Assembly: GCA_002269645.1 (NCBI GenBank)
Contig: NIVC01003474.1
Span: 32,138 to 96,137 of the forward strand
Length of the DNA: 64,000 nt
Direction of reading: 5' to 3'
Origin: Macrostomum lignano
Lineage: Eukaryota
The position numbers and the translations under genes are program-made. Numbering within the stretch: position 1 is the stretch's first letter; every line of letters starts with the position of its first letter. Positions 36,474-49,720 of this stretch are shown here, piece by piece. Below the pieces are notes generated by a model that saw only the letters and a program-made list of their open reading frames with translations, did not search any database and had not been told where the DNA came from.

Positions 36474-38233
36474 TCACAGATGCAAAACTTCGGAAGAACT
36501 GCGGGAAGTCTCGCCGGTGTTTGCTGCAGCAGCATGGCCTGGTAACAAAAAGTGCCTCGACTGCTGCTGCTGCCGCTGCGGCGGAGGCGGGGGCGGCATG
36601 TGGGCAAACGTAGGCGGAAAAGTCGGCAGCGGAACGCTGACGCTGGCTGAAGGAGCCGCCGGTGCCCCAAAGGAAGTGGAGGACGGTGGCAAATTGGCCA
36701 CAGCAGCAGCGGAGGAGGCGGCGGCGGCGCAGTTGGACAGGAAGGCGGCTGGCGGCTGCGACTGCAGCAGCTGAACGGCCAGGGCGCAGTCGGCACGGCA
36801 GCGATCGGCCTCTTGGCGGGCAGCGGCTGCGGCAGCGTCGGCTTCGTCGAGGCGCTGCCGGCTGTCGGCCTGGCGACTCTCGGACTCGCTGAGCCGCTCG
36901 GCCATGCCAAGCAGGCGCTCCTCCAAGCTGCTGTTAAGTCGGCCGAGCTTCTTGTGCGACTCAAGCAAACGGTCGTAGCGGTCCCGGAGCCGGCACAGCT
37001 CCTCCTGGCGGGTGCGGTGAGTGGCCAGGTTGAGAGACTGCTTAAAAGTGTGAAAAGTTCAAACCCAGTGATTGACAGACAGTAAACCCGATGAAGACGG
37101 TACCCAGGCCAAGAAGCATCCCAGAGTCACTTGCGTCGACTCAGAGTCGATGCAGATGGCACAGGTAAAATAGGAAAGAACTGACTCTAGACGACTCTCT
37201 AACGACGAGATGTCACGTTACAAGTTGCCTAAGAGTCACTTTAAACCGTTTTATTGACTGCGACTTTGAAACCACTCTGAAGTTGTAAAGCCGTATTTGA
37301 GGCGTACCGGTAACTGAGTTGCGTTTGAAGCGCAGCCACACCTCTAAGTGCAAAAGTTAAGCGCCAACACAATGATTCTTTCGCGACGCTCTTACGATTC
37401 TACAAGTCACGTGACGCGCTTGTGACGCAACTGTCGCCTCTCCGTTGCATGATAATCACAAGAGTCGCTAGAGTCAGACACGGGTGAAACTGAAGTCAAG
37501 AATGACAGAATCAGGTAGGATACAGAGTGACACCTGCACCACTCACCTGCAGCCGATGCTGATCTTTTGAACGCGCCTCAGTCTCCGCCTGCAGCTGGGC
37601 CTCCAGCCGGGAGATGCTGGCCTGCTGGTTGCGCGCCAAGTTGCGCAGCTTCTCGATCTCCTCCTGCTGAAAGGCGAAGCTGCAGGAGAGGCGAAATTTC
37701 GATACAGCAATGGTTGCTGGGGGCGAACAGGTGCTTAAAAACAAATACTTGCTTGATAAAATACATAACAATAACTGTTGTTTGATGTGTTCACCGGGAA
37801 GATTGAGGCTAAGTGTCAGACACCTGGAAGATTGGGGCTGTCTGAAGTGTCAGACACCTGGAAGATTGAGGCTGTCTGAAGTGTCAGACACCTGGAAGAT
37901 TGGGGCTGTCTGAAGTGTCAGACACCTGGAAGATTGGGGCTGTCTGAAGTGTCAGACACCTGGAAGATTGACGCTGTCTGAAGTGTCAGACACCTGGAAT
38001 ATTGGGGCTGTCTGAAGTGTCAGACACCTGGAAGATTGGGGCTGTCTGAAGTGTCAGACACCTGGAAGATTGGGGCTGTCTGAAGTGTCAGACACCTGGA
38101 AGATTGGGGCTACCTAATTTATAACGTCTCACATTAGAAGTGCTCGCACTTACCCGCCAGAACTGGAGCAGTTCTGACACGGGCAGCCGCACTCAGAGCA
38201 GTGAGTGACACCTTTTGAGTAGTTGCTGGTCAT
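36474..38233 (-). CDS. TJAP1/BEGAIN-family coiled-coil protein, 3 exons, ~259 aa
   Basis: Exons 38233-38154, 37679-37547 and 37040-36474 with GT-AG boundaries and consistent frame. MTSNYSKGVTHCSECGCPCQNC...QEEIEKL...YDRLLESHKKLGRLNSSLEERLL...CRADCALAVQLLQ matches the family DCxLAxQLL motif. Confidence 0.72.
37795..38110. repeat. 34-bp minisatellite x9 with internal palindrome, in intron 1 of the TJAP1-like gene
   Basis: cacctgg recurs every 34 bp from 37821 to 38093. The unit contains tgtctga-agtg-tcagaca. Confidence 0.95.
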
Positions 38234-39022
38234 TGAGAATGTCAGCAATTTTCTGATCTGTCTGTCTTCTGCTTGCTGGTTTGTTATCCTTCAAATAAGC
38301 AAGTTCAGACAACGCTACAATAAGTTGTATTGAGGCATTTCTGAAAAGGGTGTTTAGGCGTGACAGATTAAGAAATAATCAATATGATATTAACACTAGT
38401 CTGAGATGGTGTACATGTACCCAAAACTAGATGACATCAAGGCTATGCAATTTGTTTCATAGTTTACTCTCTCTACTCTATTCACTCCTCACTATTCACT
38501 CTATTCACTCATTACAGCTTACTAATTTCAGACCTCAAGCATCGCACATTTTGTTCACTAATCATATATCACTCTGTCACTTTTTACGAACTTAAAAATC
38601 ACATAGCCACACAATCACATACGATTAAGAACAAATAAATGCAAACAGAGTCCAAATCAAGAACAAACAAAGTGGACGCGCAATTGCTTTGAAATTGCAC
38701 GCTATTTTATTGGTTTATTTGCTGTAACCATTACCAACCGGCTACAAAAATGCGACACACAACGCCGTTTTCTTTCCTAATAAAAAGATGTTTTCGCGTC
38801 AGCTGGCAAAATTTTGAACAACAAAACAGGCATATCAGCTAAACACCCACAGAAGGTGGAAACCGGTACAACAAGCTATTTTTATACTAACGGCGACTAT
38901 TGACAGACAGTATAAGTGACAATGCAAAGAGATGACGAGAAGTTCGAAAAATATTAATATATAGCAAAACGGTCCTGGCATAAAAGTTTGATTGACGCCA
39001 GACGCCAGGGTAAACTACATGA

Positions 39023-39877
39023 TTAGGCGTCGCAGAATTTCTTCGCCTCGGCCAGGAAGCGCAGGTAGAGCCGGTGCTCCTCGGCGGTGCAGAACTGCAC
39101 CAGGCTGTGCTCGAATTCCCGGGTGACGCCGCGGTGCACCAGCATCTCGGCCAGCTGCTTGTACAGATCGTCGTTGAGCATGTCGGCCTCGAGCTCGTAC
39201 TCGCCCAGGCTGTCGCCGCCGCTGACGCCTTCAACTGCCACGGTGTCGATGGACAGAGTGGGATAGTCGGGCTCCTCAGCCGCCATCTGCCTGCTGATGT
39301 TGATGGGTGGGAAGCTGCATCGGACAGTCAGGCAGGCTGGGGTGGCCGGCTTGCGGACACGGAAGGTCAAATCCGGCCGGGCCAAGATCTCTTCGCCATC
39401 CTCGGACGAGTTGCCGTCCTGGTTGGCGTCGGGTCCAGGGGCGTCTTCGTGGTCGTCAACGGCGGACTCGGCATCGGGGGAGGCGGTGGAGCCGTTAAGG
39501 TCGAAGCTGACCTCCAGCAGGGAGCCGTCCTCCGGGCACTGGCGGGTCAGGGTCATCTGGGTGCCGCTGCGAGCGGTCACGGTGAAGCCGGGGGGCGGCT
39601 GCGGGGCCCGCTGGCTTGGCTGCTGGCGCGGCTGCTGCTGCTGGTCGGAAGCGCGCTCGTACTGCAGCTCGCTGTCCAACAGAGAGCTCAGTTTGGCGTC
39701 GTGGCTGCTGCTGGTTGCTAGGCAACGACTAATCGGAGATGAAGCGATCGCGGAGACTGGCAACAGAGGAGGAGCCGCAGGCCGAGACAGCTGCTGTAGC
39801 GTTGGGCAGCGGCGGTGGGCGCCAATGGTTGAGAGGCGCGGCAGGAGGGCGCGCGAAATGCGAGTGAGATGCTGCAT
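39023..39877 (-). CDS. C1QBP: Mitochondrial acidic glycoprotein p32 / MAM33 family, intronless
   Basis: Arg/Ser-rich presequence after MQHLTRISR, LSSLLDSELQYER, acidic loop, C-terminal LNDDLYKQLAEMLVHRGVTREFEHSLVQFCTAEEHRLYLRFL. The start codon at 39877 is inferred; the ORF track extends upstream. Confidence 0.9.
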   Translation of the reverse strand: MQHLTRISRALLPRLSTIGAHRRCPTLQQLSRPAAPPLLPVSAIASSPISRCLATSSSHDAKLSSLLDSELQYERASDQQQQPRQQPSQRAPQPPPGFTVTARSGTQMTLTRQCPEDGSLLEVSFDLNGSTASPDAESAVDDHEDAPGPDANQDGNSSEDGEEILARPDLTFRVRKPATPACLTVRCSFPPINISRQMAAEEPDYPTLSIDTVAVEGVSGGDSLGEYELEADMLNDDLYKQLAEMLVHRGVTREFEHSLVQFCTAEEHRLYLRFLAEAKKFCDA

Positions 39878-40009
39878 GACTGAGGTGATGAGGCTTCGCA
39901 CATGCAAAAAGAGGGGCATAGCAGAGATGCTTGAGCATAGGTTATTGATAGACTTGAAAATCAAGTCACCTACTGTACACTGCAGACTAATTTAGGGGCT
40001 CTATCAGTA

Positions 40010-40530
40010 GAGGAGAATTAGGGAAGATTCTGGAGGAGAATCAGGGAAGATTCCGGAGGAGAATAAGGGACGAATCTGGAGAAGAATTAGGGAAGATTCT
40101 GGAGGAGAATTAGGGAAGATTCTGGAGGAGAATTAGGGAAGATTCTGGAGGAGAATTAGGGAAGATTCTGGAGGAGAATCAGGGAAGATTCTGGAGAATT
40201 AGGGACAACTCTGGAGGAGAATTCGGGATGATTATTAGGAAGAATCGGGGACGATTCTGGGGAGAATTAGGGACAACTCAGAACGAGAATTCGGGATGAT
40301 TATTCGGGAGAATCAGGGACGATTCTAGGGAGAATTAGGGACAACTCTGGGGGAGAATTCAAGATGATTATTCGGGAGAATCAGGGACGATTCTAGGGAG
40401 AATTTGGGACAACTCTGGGGGAGAATTCGGGGTGAATATTCGGGCGAATCAGAGACGATTCTAGGGAGAATTAGGGACAACTCTGGGGGAGAATTCGGGG
40501 TGATTATTCGGGAGAATCAGGGACGATTCT
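40010..40530. repeat. 23-bp minisatellite evolving into a 68-bp three-unit higher-order repeat (EMC3-C1QBP spacer)
   Basis: aattaggg at 40085, 40108 and 40131; gacaact at 40204, 40272, 40340, 40408 and 40476. Confidence 0.92.
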
Positions 40531-41529
40531 AAAGAAAAAACAGGGGACTATGAATAATAGTTTATATAGAAATCTTAGCTATTGTACACAACAGACTCTA
40601 AAAACTGTAAAAAGTGATAATAAATCAATAATAAACGGTGAAAAATGAAATCGTCACAAAGACAGTAGATAAACAATATATTTCAAGACAACAGCAATAT
40701 AGAGGTGCCTATTATAACTATGACAAGTTTTCCAGAATGACAACACAAAGTTGGGATAATAAATTTAAACAACATTCATTTTAATTCAATGGCAATTGAC
40801 ATTAAATCAAGTTTTTTAGCAGCCAAAAATGAAGTTCTAAACTAGCTGATAATAGTCTTGACTCTCCAGCCAGCCATATTCAACCCAAACTTCGACGAAT
40901 TTCTATGGCCAAAACTGACTTTGGTGGACTCTCCAGTTTCATTTCCACAGCGGGCATGACTTGTCTGAATTTAACTGCTCTATCTGTGTCTGTGCCATAG
41001 ACCACAGAGTGTTTTGACCATAGACTAAAAAGAAACATTAGTTGACTATGATTGGTAGTATCTTATGACCGCTCTACCGACCCCCTTTGGGCCATAGACA
41101 ATTAAAGACAGTCCTCAATAGGTTAACTCTCCCACTGAGGAATAAACCTTCTGATGCCGTTCACGTAGAGTGCAAAGATTAAACGCGTACTCATTCTGAC
41201 AAGGAGTTGACAGAAACTACAGTTTCCTTAATAGAGTTCATAGATAGAATTAAACACAGATAGAAAACAACGTCACTTGATGGCGATAAAACTTCTTGAC
41301 CAGTCCAGTCCTTGGACTGAACAGCCATAGCTGCGGCTGAGCTGTCGATTGCACATCTGGCCCAATTAAGGCAGGTGCAATCAATTATTTTATTACTCTA
41401 GTAGTAGTCATAGCAGCAGTGTCTTATCGCCATCAGATAATGTTATTCGCAGTGAGAATTAAATCGCGAGAGAGAAACACACAAGCAAATCTCAATCAAT
41501 CAGCATCACCACCCAATCTCCTAGCCTCG

Positions 41530-43842
41530 CTATTTTCCGCGCTTCCGCCCGCTGCCAGGAGAGACAGCGGCGCCGCCCCTGGGGCCGCCGCGGCCGATTA
41601 GCGCGGCCGGAGCATCTTCGGCGGCCCCGGTGATCAGCAGGTCGTCGCTGAGACCGCCGCTGCCGCTACTGCCAATCAGCGACTCGACAACATTCTCTAG
41701 GGCCCAATTGTGCTCCACAATCTCCAGGGTCTCCCATTCGGCTTTGAAAGCTTTGTTAGCGTCAAAGCCTTGGCCGCCGGCGGCCCCGCCCGGGTTCATC
41801 ATCATGTTGTCCTGCATCAGGCGGGCCTGCGGGCAGGGAATTCAATTAAATAACTTACCATATATATAAAACTACTGTACTGAATGAGGCTACTGAAAGT
41901 AGGCTGGAAATATTAGCCAATACGCAAAACTTAAGGCACCCGCCTGTAAAGCTAAGCATTAGGTTGCTGTAAATCTAGGGCCCCTGTTGCTGTAAATCTA
42001 GGATCCTGTTGCTGTAAATCTAGGATCCTGTTGCTGTAAATCTAGGGCCCCTGTTGCTGTAAATCTAGGATCCTGTTGCTGTAAATCTAGCATCCTGTTG
42101 CTGTAAATCTAGGAACCTGTTGCTGTAAATCTAGGATCCTGTTGCTGTAAATCTAGGAACCTGTTGCTGTAAATCTAGGATCCTGTTGCTGTAAATCTAG
42201 GAACCTGTTGCTGTAAATCTAGGATCCTGTTGCTGTAAATCTAGGAACCTGTTGCTGTAAATCTAGGAACCTGTTGCTGTAAATCTAGGAACCTGTTGCT
42301 GGGTTGCTGGGACCTGGGTCCTAGTGATGCAAATATACGGCGCGATGCTGTAAATCTTTAGCACGATGCTGTAAACCTACGGAGACATGCTGTAACCTAC
42401 GGAGATATGCTGTAAACCTACGGAGATATGCTGTAAACCTACGGAGATATGCTGTAAATCTACGGCGTCATGCTGTAAATCTACGGCGTCATGCTGTACA
42501 TCTACGGCGTCATGCTGGAAATCTACGGCGCCATGCTGTAAATCTACGGAAATCTACGGCGCCATGCTGTAAATTTACGGAAATCTACGGCGCCATGCTG
42601 CAAATCTACGGCGCCATGCTGTAAATCTACGGAAATCTACGGCGCCATGCTGTAAATCTACGGGAATCTACGGCGCCATGCTGTAAATCTACGGAAATCT
42701 ACGGCGCCATGCTGTAAATCTACGGAAATCTACGGCGCCATGCTGTAAATCTACGGAAATCTACGACGCCATGCTGTAAATCTACGGAAATCTACGGCGC
42801 CATGCTGTAAATCTACGGAAATCTACGGCGCCATGCTGTAAATCTACGGAAATCTACGGCGTCATGCTGTAAACCTACGGCGCCATGCTGTAAATCTACA
42901 GCGTGTAAACCTACGGAGCCATGCTGTCGCCAAAGGTCTAAAGGCAAAGTCTCACCTGATCGGCGCTATTATCGGCGCCCAGTACAAGCGTGTAGACGCT
43001 GCGCAGGCCGAAGATGTTGAGAAAATACCAGCTAGCAGAGCTGACCCAGCTGGCGTCCAGGCTGACCAAAGACTCGCAGCCGCGCTGCAGCATGGGCTTG
43101 AAACGGTAGGTCAGCGGGAACGGCACCTTGGTGGTGAGGAAGCCGGAGAAGGCCCAGTTAATCCAGCCGCCAATCACCAGCATGGGGATCATGTTCAATA
43201 CGTTGCCTTTGACCATCTCCGTCATCATTGACGGGTCCGTCATTGGATTCTTCATCATGGCGTTTTCGCGTTTCACTGTCTTGAAGAAGCCGTGCTCGGG
43301 ATCGTTGAAGTAGTACTTGCGGCTGGCGAATGCCTGCCTGGGGATGTAGTTGGCGTTCTCTCGGAGCAGCCGGCTGCGCATCAGCACCTGCGCAGCGAGG
43401 GAGGGCGGCTCCAGGTAAGGGATGCGATTCTCGCGGCTGGATGGGGCGGATCTCAGAGGCGATTGGGGGGGGGGGCGGTTAGGCGGTGGGGCGGATCTCA
43501 GGTGCGGTTGGGGGGGGGGCGTATCTCAGGGTCGGTTGGGGCGGATCTTAGGGTGCAGTGGTTAGAAACGGATTTCAGGGGCCGTTAAAGCTGTTCTTGA
43601 GGCAATAAATTTGAGAAGCTAAACAAGTCTAGACTACTATGGAGCAGAGGCAGACAACTAAAAAAAATAAAATCACAAGCGGAACCCACCTGCTGATCGG
43701 AGACCTGCTCGGGCTCCGCCTTTTTCTCTGCGCTAATCAAAATAGTGACGTAGTGGCGAATCACTCCGAATAGAAAGGTGATGATGACCAGGGGCAGGAA
43801 CACCCACATGCGGATGGCCGAGTCCAGAAGCAGCTCAGCCAT
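41530..43842 (-). CDS. EMC3: ER membrane protein complex subunit 3, 3 exons, ~293 aa
   Basis: Exons 43842-43690, 43387-42956 and 41826-41530. [57 protein letters not shown]. Confidence 0.96.
41960..42925. repeat. Two adjacent minisatellites (22-bp, and 21/31-bp) sharing the core gctgtaaatcta, EMC3 intron 2
   Basis: cctgttgctgtaaatctagga array at ~41960-42300; catgctgtaaatctacggaaatctacggcgc array at ~42335-42925. Confidence 0.93.
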
Positions 43843-43924
43843 GGTGCCAGCTGGAATGTAAAAAAAATTTTTTTAGATCTGACCCTAAGCTGATCATTTC
43901 GGGCTGCCATCCGCAATTAGCGAT

Positions 43925-44360
43925 TCTCAACTATCACCTGGGATTAACGATCTTCGATTATCACCTGGGATTACCGATACTCGATTATCACCTGGGATTA
44001 ACGATACTCAATTATCACCTGGGATTACCGATACTTGATTATCACCTGGGATTAACGATCCTCAATTACCACCTGGGATTAACGATCCTCAATTACCACC
44101 TGGGATTAACGATCCTCAATTACCACCTGGGATTAACGATACTCAATTATTCCCCAGGATTAACGATCCTTAATTATCACCTAGGATTAACTATCCTTAT
44201 TTATCACCTGGGATTAACGATCTACAATTGTTCCCCAGGATTAACGACCCTTTAGCATCACCTGGTATTAAAGTTCCTGAATTATCACCAGGGATTAACA
44301 ATCCCTAATTGTCACCTGGAATTAACGATACTCGATAATTACATAGGACTAACGATTCTC
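43925..44360. repeat. 27-bp minisatellite (OTC-EMC3 spacer)
   Basis: cacctggg at 43935, 43962, 43989 and onward, degenerating to the right. Confidence 0.9.
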
Positions 44361-44872
44361 AATTATCAATCAGGATTATCATCGAGTCTCACCCGAAATT
44401 ACCAAAATCCAAACTATATTTTGCATTAACTCCCTGATAGTCAAAAGCTTTAATATTTAAGTAAACAATAAAAAACACAGAGTTATTATCATTCCATCCA
44501 CCATGTACCTTAAAGAATCATTTTATTTTAAAAAATCTACTGCCAAGCTTACCATAAAAGCGAAGAAAGTAAAAAGCACAGAACAAATATTTGGAAGACT
44601 ATTGACTAGTAGTCACAGTGAAATGACTCACAATAAAAGTTGTGATAAAAATTCCGGTCACCAATTAATAAAAAGCTAACCAAAAAATTCTCGAAATCAT
44701 TGACAACCAACCAACAAGATTTAATGAAGCACCTGAGAAAACCAGTTGACTAGTTAAGGAAAAAGGTGGACTAATACAGGGCCTTGAGATTCAATATGTC
44801 ACAATTAGTGCTAAAGAAATTCTGCCGAGGATAATGTCAATAAAAAGGCCAACTATAAAAATGACTGAGTGC

Positions 44873-47800
44873 TCAGAAGCTCGGCATGGGGCAAGCCGGT
44901 CGGTACTGATCGTTGAGCACATTGAGCAGGACAGACATGACTGTCCACTTGCGATTGTGAGACTCCGGCCACACGAGGCTTCGCTTTGAGTCGTAGAAAA
45001 TATCGTCGGTGACTTCCTCCTGCTTGCGGGGCAGGCAGTGCATGAACACCCAGCGCGGCTTGGCGTGCGCCACCAGGTTGGAGTTCACCTGAGCGGGTTG
45101 GACAGGTGTTAATTGTTTATCTAGTTAGATGAGATCATAAAATAAGGTAGGCTTAATAATTACTGCACTCCAGACTGATCTGTGCCGCTAGATAAGGTGA
45201 GATAATTACTGCACTCCTGACTGATCTGTGTGCCGCTAGATAAGGTGAGATAATTACTGCACTCCTGACTGATCTGTGCCGCTAGATAAGGTGAGATCAT
45301 TACTGTACATTTAATGATCCCTACCGATAGCTAGGTGAGCTAATTATCGCCAATGAGGCAAGATAATTAAACATGATTAATTAGTGTTAACCTGTAATTC
45401 ATAGTTAATAATACTTGTTAAGTTGAGCTGAGCCAGCACCTGAGATGCCTCACCTGGAACCCTTTGAAATCTTTCAGGCGGCGCTCCTTCTCCGCCTCGC
45501 GGCCCATACTGACGAATGTGTCCGTGACGATGACGTCAGCGCCGCGAACCGCCTCGGCGGGATCTCTGGTGAGCACCAGCTGGGTGCCGTACTGGCGGCT
45601 GAGCTCGCGGGCGTCCTGCACCACGGCCGGATTCGGGTCATAGCCCGCGGGCGAAGCGATGCGGATCTGCGGCGACGAAGAGGTTGTTTTGTGGGCTACC
45701 GTTGAAGGACCAGCGGGACAGGTATTGAAGGCACAGGGGAAAAGGTATTGAAGGCACAGCGGGACAGGTATTGAAGGCACAGGGGAACAGGTATTGAAGG
45801 CACAGGGGAAAAGGTATTGAAGGCACAGCGGGACAGGTATTGAAGGCACAGGGGAAAAGGTATTGAAGGCACAGCGGGACAGGTATTGAAGGCACAGGGG
45901 AAAAGGTATTGAAGGCACAGGGGAACAGGTATTGAAGGCACAGGGGAACAGGTATTGAAGTCACAGGGGAACAGGTATTGTAGACACGGGGAAACATTGG
46001 AACAGGTATTGAAGGACCAGCGGGACAGGTATTGAAGGCACAGGGGAACAGGTATTGAAGGCACAGGAAAACAGGCATTGAAGGCACAGGGGAACAGGTA
46101 TTGAAGGCACAGGGGAACAGGTATTGTAGACACGGGGAAACATTGGAACAGGTATTGAAGGACCAGCGGGACAGGTTTTGAAGGCACAGGGGAACAGGTA
46201 TTGAAGGCACAGGAAAACAGGCATTGAAGGCACAGGGGAACAGGTATTGAAGGCACAGGGGAACAGGTATTGTAGACACGGGGAAACATTGGAACAGGTA
46301 TTGAAGGACCAGCGGGACAGGTTTTGAAGGCACAGGGGAAAAGGTATTGAAGGCACAGGGGAACAGGTATTGAAGGCACAGGGGAACAGGTATTGAAGGC
46401 ACAGGGAACAGGTATTGAAGGCACAGGGGAACAGGTATTGTAGACACGGGGAAACATTGGAACAGGTATTGAAGGACCAGCGGGACAGGTTTTGAAGGCA
46501 CAGGGGAACAGGTATTGAAGGCACAGGGGAACAGGTATTGAAGGCACAGGGAAACAGGCATTGGAGGCACAGGGAACAGGTATTGAAGGCACAGGGGAAC
46601 AGGTATTGTAGACACGGGGAAACATTGGAACAGGTATTGAAGGACTAGGGTCCAGGGAACAGGTACTGAAAAACCGGATAGACAACCAATTAAAGGACAA
46701 GAGACACAGCAATGAAAGAGCCAGGGGGAACAAGCATTGCCTGACAGGGGGCAATACTGATGAGGAATTACTGAAATAGGATTTCAGCCCGACCCTAACC
46801 CCGGTATACTCACAGACATGCCCAGCTTGGGGCAGCCCATCATCAAGGAGTGCGTCATGTTGTTGTCTCCGTCGCCTACAAAAGCCCACACGAGGCCGTT
46901 GAGGTGGCCAAAGTTTTCGTACGCGGTGAGAAAATCGGCCAGCACCTGCAGCGGATGGTACTGGTCAGACAGGCCGTTCACTATGGGCACGCTGGAGTGC
47001 TCGGACAGGGTCATCTGGACGGGAATGGAGAGGTAGGGAGCATTACATTCGTTATACTTAGTCACTAAACCCAACCTGAATCTCAGTAAGCCCAACCTGA
47101 ATTTCACTCATCCCAGCCTGAATCTCACTAAACCCAACCTGAATCCCACTTACACCCAACCTGAATATCACTAAACCCAACCTGAACCTCACTAATCCCA
47201 AACTGAACCTCACTAATCCCAAACTGAACCTCACTAATCCCAAACTGAATCTCACTAAGCCCTACCTGAAGCTCACTAAGCCCAGCCTGAATTTCACTCA
47301 GTACAACTGGAATCTCACTTATCCTAACTTGAATCTCACTAAAACCAACCTGAATCTCACTCAGTCCAACCTGAATCTCACTGTCTAACTGGAATATCAC
47401 TCATCTGAACCTGAATCTCACTCATCTCAACCTGAATCTCACTCATCTCAACCTGAATCTCACTCATCCCAACCTGAATCTCACTCATTTCAACCTGAAT
47501 CTCACTAAGCCCAACCTGAATCTCACTCATCTCAACCCGAATCTCACTAAGCCCAACCTGAATCTCACTCATCTCAACCCGAATCTCACTAACCCCACCC
47601 CGCTCAATAAATAAGCAAGCCGAAACGCAGCTGCCAATCTCACCAGCGAGTCGTGCGCATACACCCTGGCCAGCACGGCATCGCAGAAGCCGGACAGCAC
47701 CTTAGCCGTGTCCGGCAGAGACTCATTCGTGCCCAGGTGTACATCCTGCGGACTGAGGAACACCGGCTGACCGCCGAGCAGGAAGAAGCCGGTCTCAGTG

Positions 47801-48096
47801 CTCACCCGAGTGCGGGTGCTGCGCTTCTCAAAGATCATGCCAAGAGAGTGGCCCTCTAGCGGTCGGTAGCTCAGAAGCCTGTCTTGTGCGTGTCGCGCCT
47901 TCAGATCCTTGGCCGTCCACAGCAGCTGGGCGATTTCGGACTCTGAGTAGTCGCGCAGAGTGAGAAAATGCCGGCCTTTGAGATTGCTCCACTTGTCGGT
48001 TGAGGCGGCCGCTGATGAAGCGGCGCGGGATGCGATGCGAGGAGACTGGACAACGGCCAGGCGACCGACTTTGATGAGCAACTGCAGTGGCGACAT
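44873..48096 (-). CDS. OTC: Ornithine carbamoyltransferase, mitochondrial, 4 exons, ~360 aa
   Basis: Exons 48096-47644, 47014-46814, 45666-45454 and 45088-44873. Motifs [38 protein letters not shown]. Basic N-terminal presequence. Confidence 0.96.
45120..45320. repeat. 46-48-bp tandem repeat, about 4 copies, OTC intron 3
   Basis: ctagataaggtgag at 45188, 45236 and 45282. Confidence 0.85.
45710..46660. repeat. 23-bp minisatellite with higher-order variants, OTC intron 2
   Basis: ggtattgaaggcacaggggaaca period 23 (45721, 45744, 45767 and onward). Confidence 0.95.
47065..47595. repeat. 21-bp minisatellite, OTC intron 1
   Basis: cctgaatctcactcatctcaa at 47410, 47431 and 47452. Confidence 0.93.
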
Positions 48097-48134
48097 CGCT
48101 GGTTTGAAGAGCTGCGGAAAGTAAGTAAATATTC

Positions 48135-48625
48135 TAAATCACGTGTTTAGTCTATGGGGATTCTTAAATTACCTGTTTAGTCTATGGGGGATTCTTAAAT
48201 CACCTGTTTAGTCTATGGGCAATTCTTAAATCACCTGTTTAGTCTATGGGCAATTCTTAAATCACCTGTTTAGTCTATGGGCAATTCTTAAATCACCTGT
48301 TTAGTCTATGGGCAATTCTTAAATCACATGCTTAGTTCAAGGGCGATTCTTAAAACACCTGTTTAGTCTATGGGAATTCTCAAACTACCTGTTTAGCCTA
48401 TGGGGATTCTCAAACTACCTGTTTAGTCTATGGGGATTCTCAAACTACCTGTTTAGTCTATGGGGATTCTCAAACTACCTGTTTAGTCTATGGGGATTCT
48501 CAAACTACCTGTTTAGTCTATGGGGATTCTCAAACTACCTGTTTAGCCTATGGGGATTCTCAAACTACCTGTTTAGTCTATGGGGATTCTCAAACTACCT
48601 GTTTAGTCTATGGGGATTCTTAAAG
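48135..48625. repeat. 30-bp minisatellite immediately upstream of the OTC start
   Basis: gtttagtctatggggattctcaaactacct period 30. Confidence 0.95.
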
Positions 48626-49254
48626 CAACTGATTAATTCATTACCAAAAGAAGTTATTGCGCACCTGTGTATTCTAAATATAATAGGCATAAATAATGTT
48701 GTATATACTTAGCGAACAAAATGAATTTCAAACAGGTGAATCTCTGGATAGATAAAAAATCACATAACACATAGTCTAGAGTTTGTACACGGCGAAGCAG
48801 TGCTTGGAATTTCAAATTGCTTGAAGTACACGCAATCAAAATAATGAGTATTAATTAATACAATTTCTGGTAAAAATCATATATGAAGCTAGATCGATCG
48901 CGAAAATATGCTATTTAAATATGACTGCAAAAAACTACAACACACTACAGATCAGAACAAGTGTTGGAAGGCGGCTGTGGCTACCCATGGCTAAAAATTT
49001 TTGGCACTGTCAACATATTTGAATGTGCATTATAAATATTAAATAAGCGGGCTAAGCGCATCACAACAGGAATTATTTTTACTAGAAGTACATTTATGCG
49101 AATTCACCCTTACAGTCTAGCCATAGTAAGCACAAAAGTAATTTGTGTTTTACTTGCGTGTCTATGTACTGGTATTTCCTTTTTAGACTGAAAAAATCAT
49201 AAAATTTAACTGACTGAGTACACTATGGCTGATTATGATCTATTTCCGATATTC

Positions 49255-49720
49255 ACCCCTACTGTCCCCTGTGACCCCTACTGTCCTCTGTGACCCCTAC
49301 TGTCCTCTGTGACCCCTACTGTCGTCTGTGACCCCTATTGTACTCTGTGTCCTTTACTGTCCCCTGCGACCCCTACTGTGACCCCTACTGTCGTCTGTGA
49401 CCCCTATTGTACCCTGTGACCACTACTGTCCCCTGTGACCCCTTACTGTCCTCTGTGACCCCTACTGTCCCCTGCGACCCCTACTGTCCCATGCGACCCC
49501 TACTGTCCTCTGTGACCCGTACTGTCCTCTGTGACCACTACTGTCCCCTGTGACCCCTTACTGTCCTCTGTGACCCCTACTGTCCCCTGCGACCCCTACT
49601 GTCTCCTTGTGACCCCCACTGTCCCCTTGTGACCCCTACTGTCTCCTTGTGACCCCACTGTCCCCTTGTGACCCCTACTGTCTCCTTGTGACCCCTTGTG
49701 ACCCCTACTGTCCCCTGTGA
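49255..49720. repeat. 19-bp minisatellite (VPS39-OTC spacer)
   Basis: gacccctactgtcctctgt at 49273, 49292 and 49311. Confidence 0.92.

Noticed and set aside
37795-38110. 34-bp palindromic repeat resembling a CRISPR direct repeat
   Set aside because: Head-to-tail with no spacers, and inside a eukaryotic intron.
45418-46889. Long Cys/Pro-rich ORFs of 187-397 aa
   Set aside because: They are translations of the 23-bp minisatellite in OTC intron 2. Only 45454-45666 is a real exon.
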